Positions 63,116-64,000 of a stretch of DNA of 64,000 nt are shown here, in pieces. The notes beneath the pieces are model-generated. The model saw nothing but the letters and a program-made list of their open reading frames with translations. It was not told the origin of the DNA and did no database searches. The position numbers and the translations under genes were made by a program. The stretch is from Paraphysomonas bandaiensis (lineage: Eukaryota > Protista > Chrysophyceae). The stretch is from assembly GCA_965644295.1 (NCBI GenBank), contig CBFFRP010000348.1, forward strand, positions 186,001 to 250,000, written 5' to 3'. Every line of letters starts with the position of its first letter. Position 1 is the stretch's first letter.

Positions 63116-64000
63116 ATGCAGAAAGGTAACGCGAGAGGGTCAGCTATGGATTCTATGGATGCCTCCAGTGCTGCGGGCCTGCACTACCCCTGCTCCAATG
63201 TTAGTATATATAATTCCCAGCAACCAAGCCAAATATATTCATCCTCTCATCAGCATAGCTTTCTTTACCCTCCTTCGTACCCTGTGCAACCGAGTTATGT
63301 GTCTTATATACCACATTATCAAGCACCGTCTACCACACCTGTTAGTGCTCCTGATCGTGATTCGACGCCCATGTGGTACTGTGACCCTTGTGAGAAGGAG
63401 TTCCTCAACGAGCGAGCATACGAATCGCACGTGTCCAGTCACGACCAATGTACTCATCCCGGTTGTAAGTTTTCTGCCACAAAGCGGGTCGTGGCAGTTC
63501 ATTATCAAACCTGCCATGGCGCTTATAGTGGCAGTGGATACAAAGACATAGAGGTCGAGGGACAGCGATTTCGTGTTCTAATGGGTACAAACCCAAATGA
63601 AGTTGAGGAATGGCGTAATATGCGAAGAAAAAAATTTCCAACGGCCGCGAATGCCAATGCAAAGGCTGGGGCACTAGACAACCTGATAGCTGCCGGCGGA
63701 CTACCACCAAGTGACTGTGGTAGAAAGGAGTCCAGGAAGCGGGGTAGGGAGAACGAGAGTTCTTCCATGCCAGCCCGGCCCCCTCCTCCTTGTAGTCTAC
63801 TTGCCATGGTGCAGGAATACGGGAGTGATGATGACGAGCTAGCGGATACAACTGTACAATCTCCCCAAACCGCTACTAACGAGACCAAGAGTGGCACAAA
63901 GATATGCTCTTTTTATGCTCGCGGAAAGTGCCGTAAGGGATCAAATTGCAAGTTTCGACACGTATCTCCCGAGGGGTCATGTTCGAATTCAACTGCGGAA
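63116..64000 (+). CDS. NUFIP1: NUFIP1/Rsa1-like snoRNP assembly factor with C2H2 and CCCH zinc fingers; runs off the window (start 63116 or 63146)
   Basis: Open frame with CDPCEKEF...YESHVSSH, CTHPGCKFSATKRVVAVHYQTCH, conserved NPNEVEEWRNMRRKKFPT, and ICSFYARGKCRKGSNCKFRH. Confidence 0.75.
   Translation, partial: MQKGNARGSAMDSMDASSAAGLHYPCSNVSIYNSQQPSQIYSSSHQHSFLYPPSYPVQPSYVSYIPHYQAPSTTPVSAPDRDSTPMWYCDPCEKEFLNERAYESHVSSHDQCTHPGCKFSATKRVVAVHYQTCHGAYSGSGYKDIEVEGQRFRVLMGTNPNEVEEWRNMRRKKFPTAANANAKAGALDNLIAAGGLPPSDCGRKESRKRGRENESSSMPARPPPPCSLLAMVQEYGSDDDELADTTVQSPQTATNETKSGTKICSFYARGKCRKGSNCKFRHVSPEGSCSNSTAE

Overview
Gene-dense eukaryotic nuclear DNA with the standard genetic code and short (about 40-65 nt) GT-AG introns. 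It comes from a flagellated unicell, probably a stramenopile (inferred from gene content and protein architectures; not proven). About 18 protein genes are supportable: a Kelch-type outer-arm dynein heavy chain (runs off the left edge), RPS9, CPSF1, RAD54B-like, TMEM242-like, ITFG2-like, an IQ/WW/B-box protein, TCF25, a PaaI thioesterase, PSMA7, a DHHC palmitoyltransferase, a PDZ-PX-VPS9 protein, SEC12-like, a PARP-like/TLDc protein, CCT4, RPL14, RPL5 and NUFIP1-like (runs off the right edge). The layout is very regular. Fourteen of the 18 genes sit in head-to-head pairs whose start codons are 320-670 bp apart. Most of these spacers carry purine-pyrimidine-alternating sequence (TACA/GTAC/CAG-rich), and two promoter regions hold long perfect (TACA)n arrays. 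All recognised transposon remnants lie outside these spacers, in AT-rich intergenic DNA. They include a Mutator-like element with a 10-bp TSD carrying a spliced cargo ORF, a hAT derivative with an 8-bp TSD, a decayed RNase H-bearing non-LTR retrotransposon, and a structured repeat family that shares its tail with that retrotransposon and forms a near-perfect 141-bp inverted repeat. Gene models were spliced by eye; no database searches were run.
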